In this document: piece by piece, positions 63,188 through 64,000 of the stretch
Numbering within the stretch: the first letter of the stretch is position 1
Layout: the number at the start of each line of letters is the position of its first letter
DNA from: Fistulifera solaris
Taxonomy: Eukaryota
Assembly (NCBI GenBank): GCA_030295235.1
Contig: AP026140.1
Location: forward strand, 124,001 to 188,000
Direction: 5' to 3'
Length of the DNA stretch: 64,000 nucleotides
Notes under the pieces: model-generated
What the model saw: the letters and a program-made list of their open reading frames with translations, nothing else
Told to the model about the DNA's origin: nothing
The model's database searches: none
Program-made: the position numbers and the translations under genes

Positions 63188-63661
63188 CAGCTGGGATTCG
63201 TTCGTCATTACACCATGTACACCTCGTAGAAAATGTACCAGAGGGTCCACAAAGATTTTACTGTATACTTTTACGTACAAATTTCCCATTTTCATGCTTA
63301 TTTTTATCTATCATAAAAACTTCGGATGAATAAGATAATTATATAGATAGATTCAGAATTTTGAGAGCTACAAAATAAGTTTTTCGATCCGCGAACTGAG
63401 CCTTCTTTCGCGTACTACAAAAATATCCATATTCTTCGTCAAATAAGGCCCAGTTCGCGGATCGAAAAACTTATTTTGTAGCTCTCAAAATTCTGAATCT
63501 ATCTATATAATTATCTTATTCATCCGAAGTTTTTATGATAGATAAAAATAAGCATGAAAATGGGAAATTTGTACGTAAAATTATACAGTAAAATCTTTGT
63601 GGACCCTCTGGTACATTTTCTACGAGGTGTACATGGTGTAATGACGAACGAATCCCAGCTG
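63188..63661. mobile_element. Foldback MITE with about 217-bp TIRs, TA-flanked (Tc1/mariner-like)
   Basis: 63188-63404 is a near-perfect reverse complement of 63445-63661, with a 40-bp spacer. Ends read TA|CAGCTGGG...CCCAGCTG|TA. Confidence 0.85.
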
Positions 63662-63843
63662 TACAGTGTACGATGGATGAAATCCATTGAACATCGAACC
63701 GTTGCCAGGTCACGCATGTTAGCAGTGAGCCCAGTGCACAGATGTCAACGTTTTTATGCCCACCGTATTTGCTTCGTGTCAAAGCGCAATGAACGCCATC
63801 GATTTGAAAACAGAACGTTGATGGAACGAATGATGCCACGCTT

Positions 63844-63993
63844 CGAATGTCTACGTAATTTCACGAAGCTGTCGTAGGGAAATTTATCGACAGAGGGGGT
63901 ACCCGGATATTGTGTTATTTCGATCACACCGTTAAACGCGTATTTTGGACATATATGTCAACAATGCTTTGACCAACATCGCTAATGCGAGCC
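63844..63993 (+). repeat. Dispersed repeat, direct copy of 62688-62835
   Basis: Same conserved blocks as 62688-62835. May continue past the window end. Confidence 0.85.
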
Positions 63994-64000
63994 ATGAAAC

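Overview
Gene-dense eukaryotic nuclear DNA with short GT-AG introns, bipartite plastid-targeting presequences, a Copia element and diatom-type gene families. It is most consistent with a diatom or related stramenopile (inference). About 27 protein-coding genes are supported, including TRMT2A-like, GLE1, SBP2, a CGFS glutaredoxin, ARL1, PEX19, CapZ-beta, a UGA(Sec) glutathione peroxidase, histidinol dehydrogenase, Mpv17, an MFS transporter, a La-motif protein and Oxa1/YidC. Mobile and repeat content: a full-length Ty1/copia element, a non-autonomous hAT element with an 8-bp TSD, a probable non-autonomous Helitron, a TA-flanked foldback MITE, and three tandem arrays, two of them homologous and inverted. 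Many conserved genes carry single-base frameshifts, often at homopolymers, which most likely reflect consensus errors. Most notable: (1) GLE1 fused to FG repeats and a NUP42/NUPL2-like CCCH finger; (2) SBP2 with three U2AF65-type UHM/RRM domains inserted between its K-rich and L7Ae modules; (3) a copia element with 89-bp CG...CG LTRs and a possible half-tRNA-Lys primer site; (4) an intergenic GACTG-N5-CAGTC palindrome module recurring at least 11 times. All domain calls come from motif recognition by eye, not from database searches. Exon and frameshift positions are approximate unless stated.
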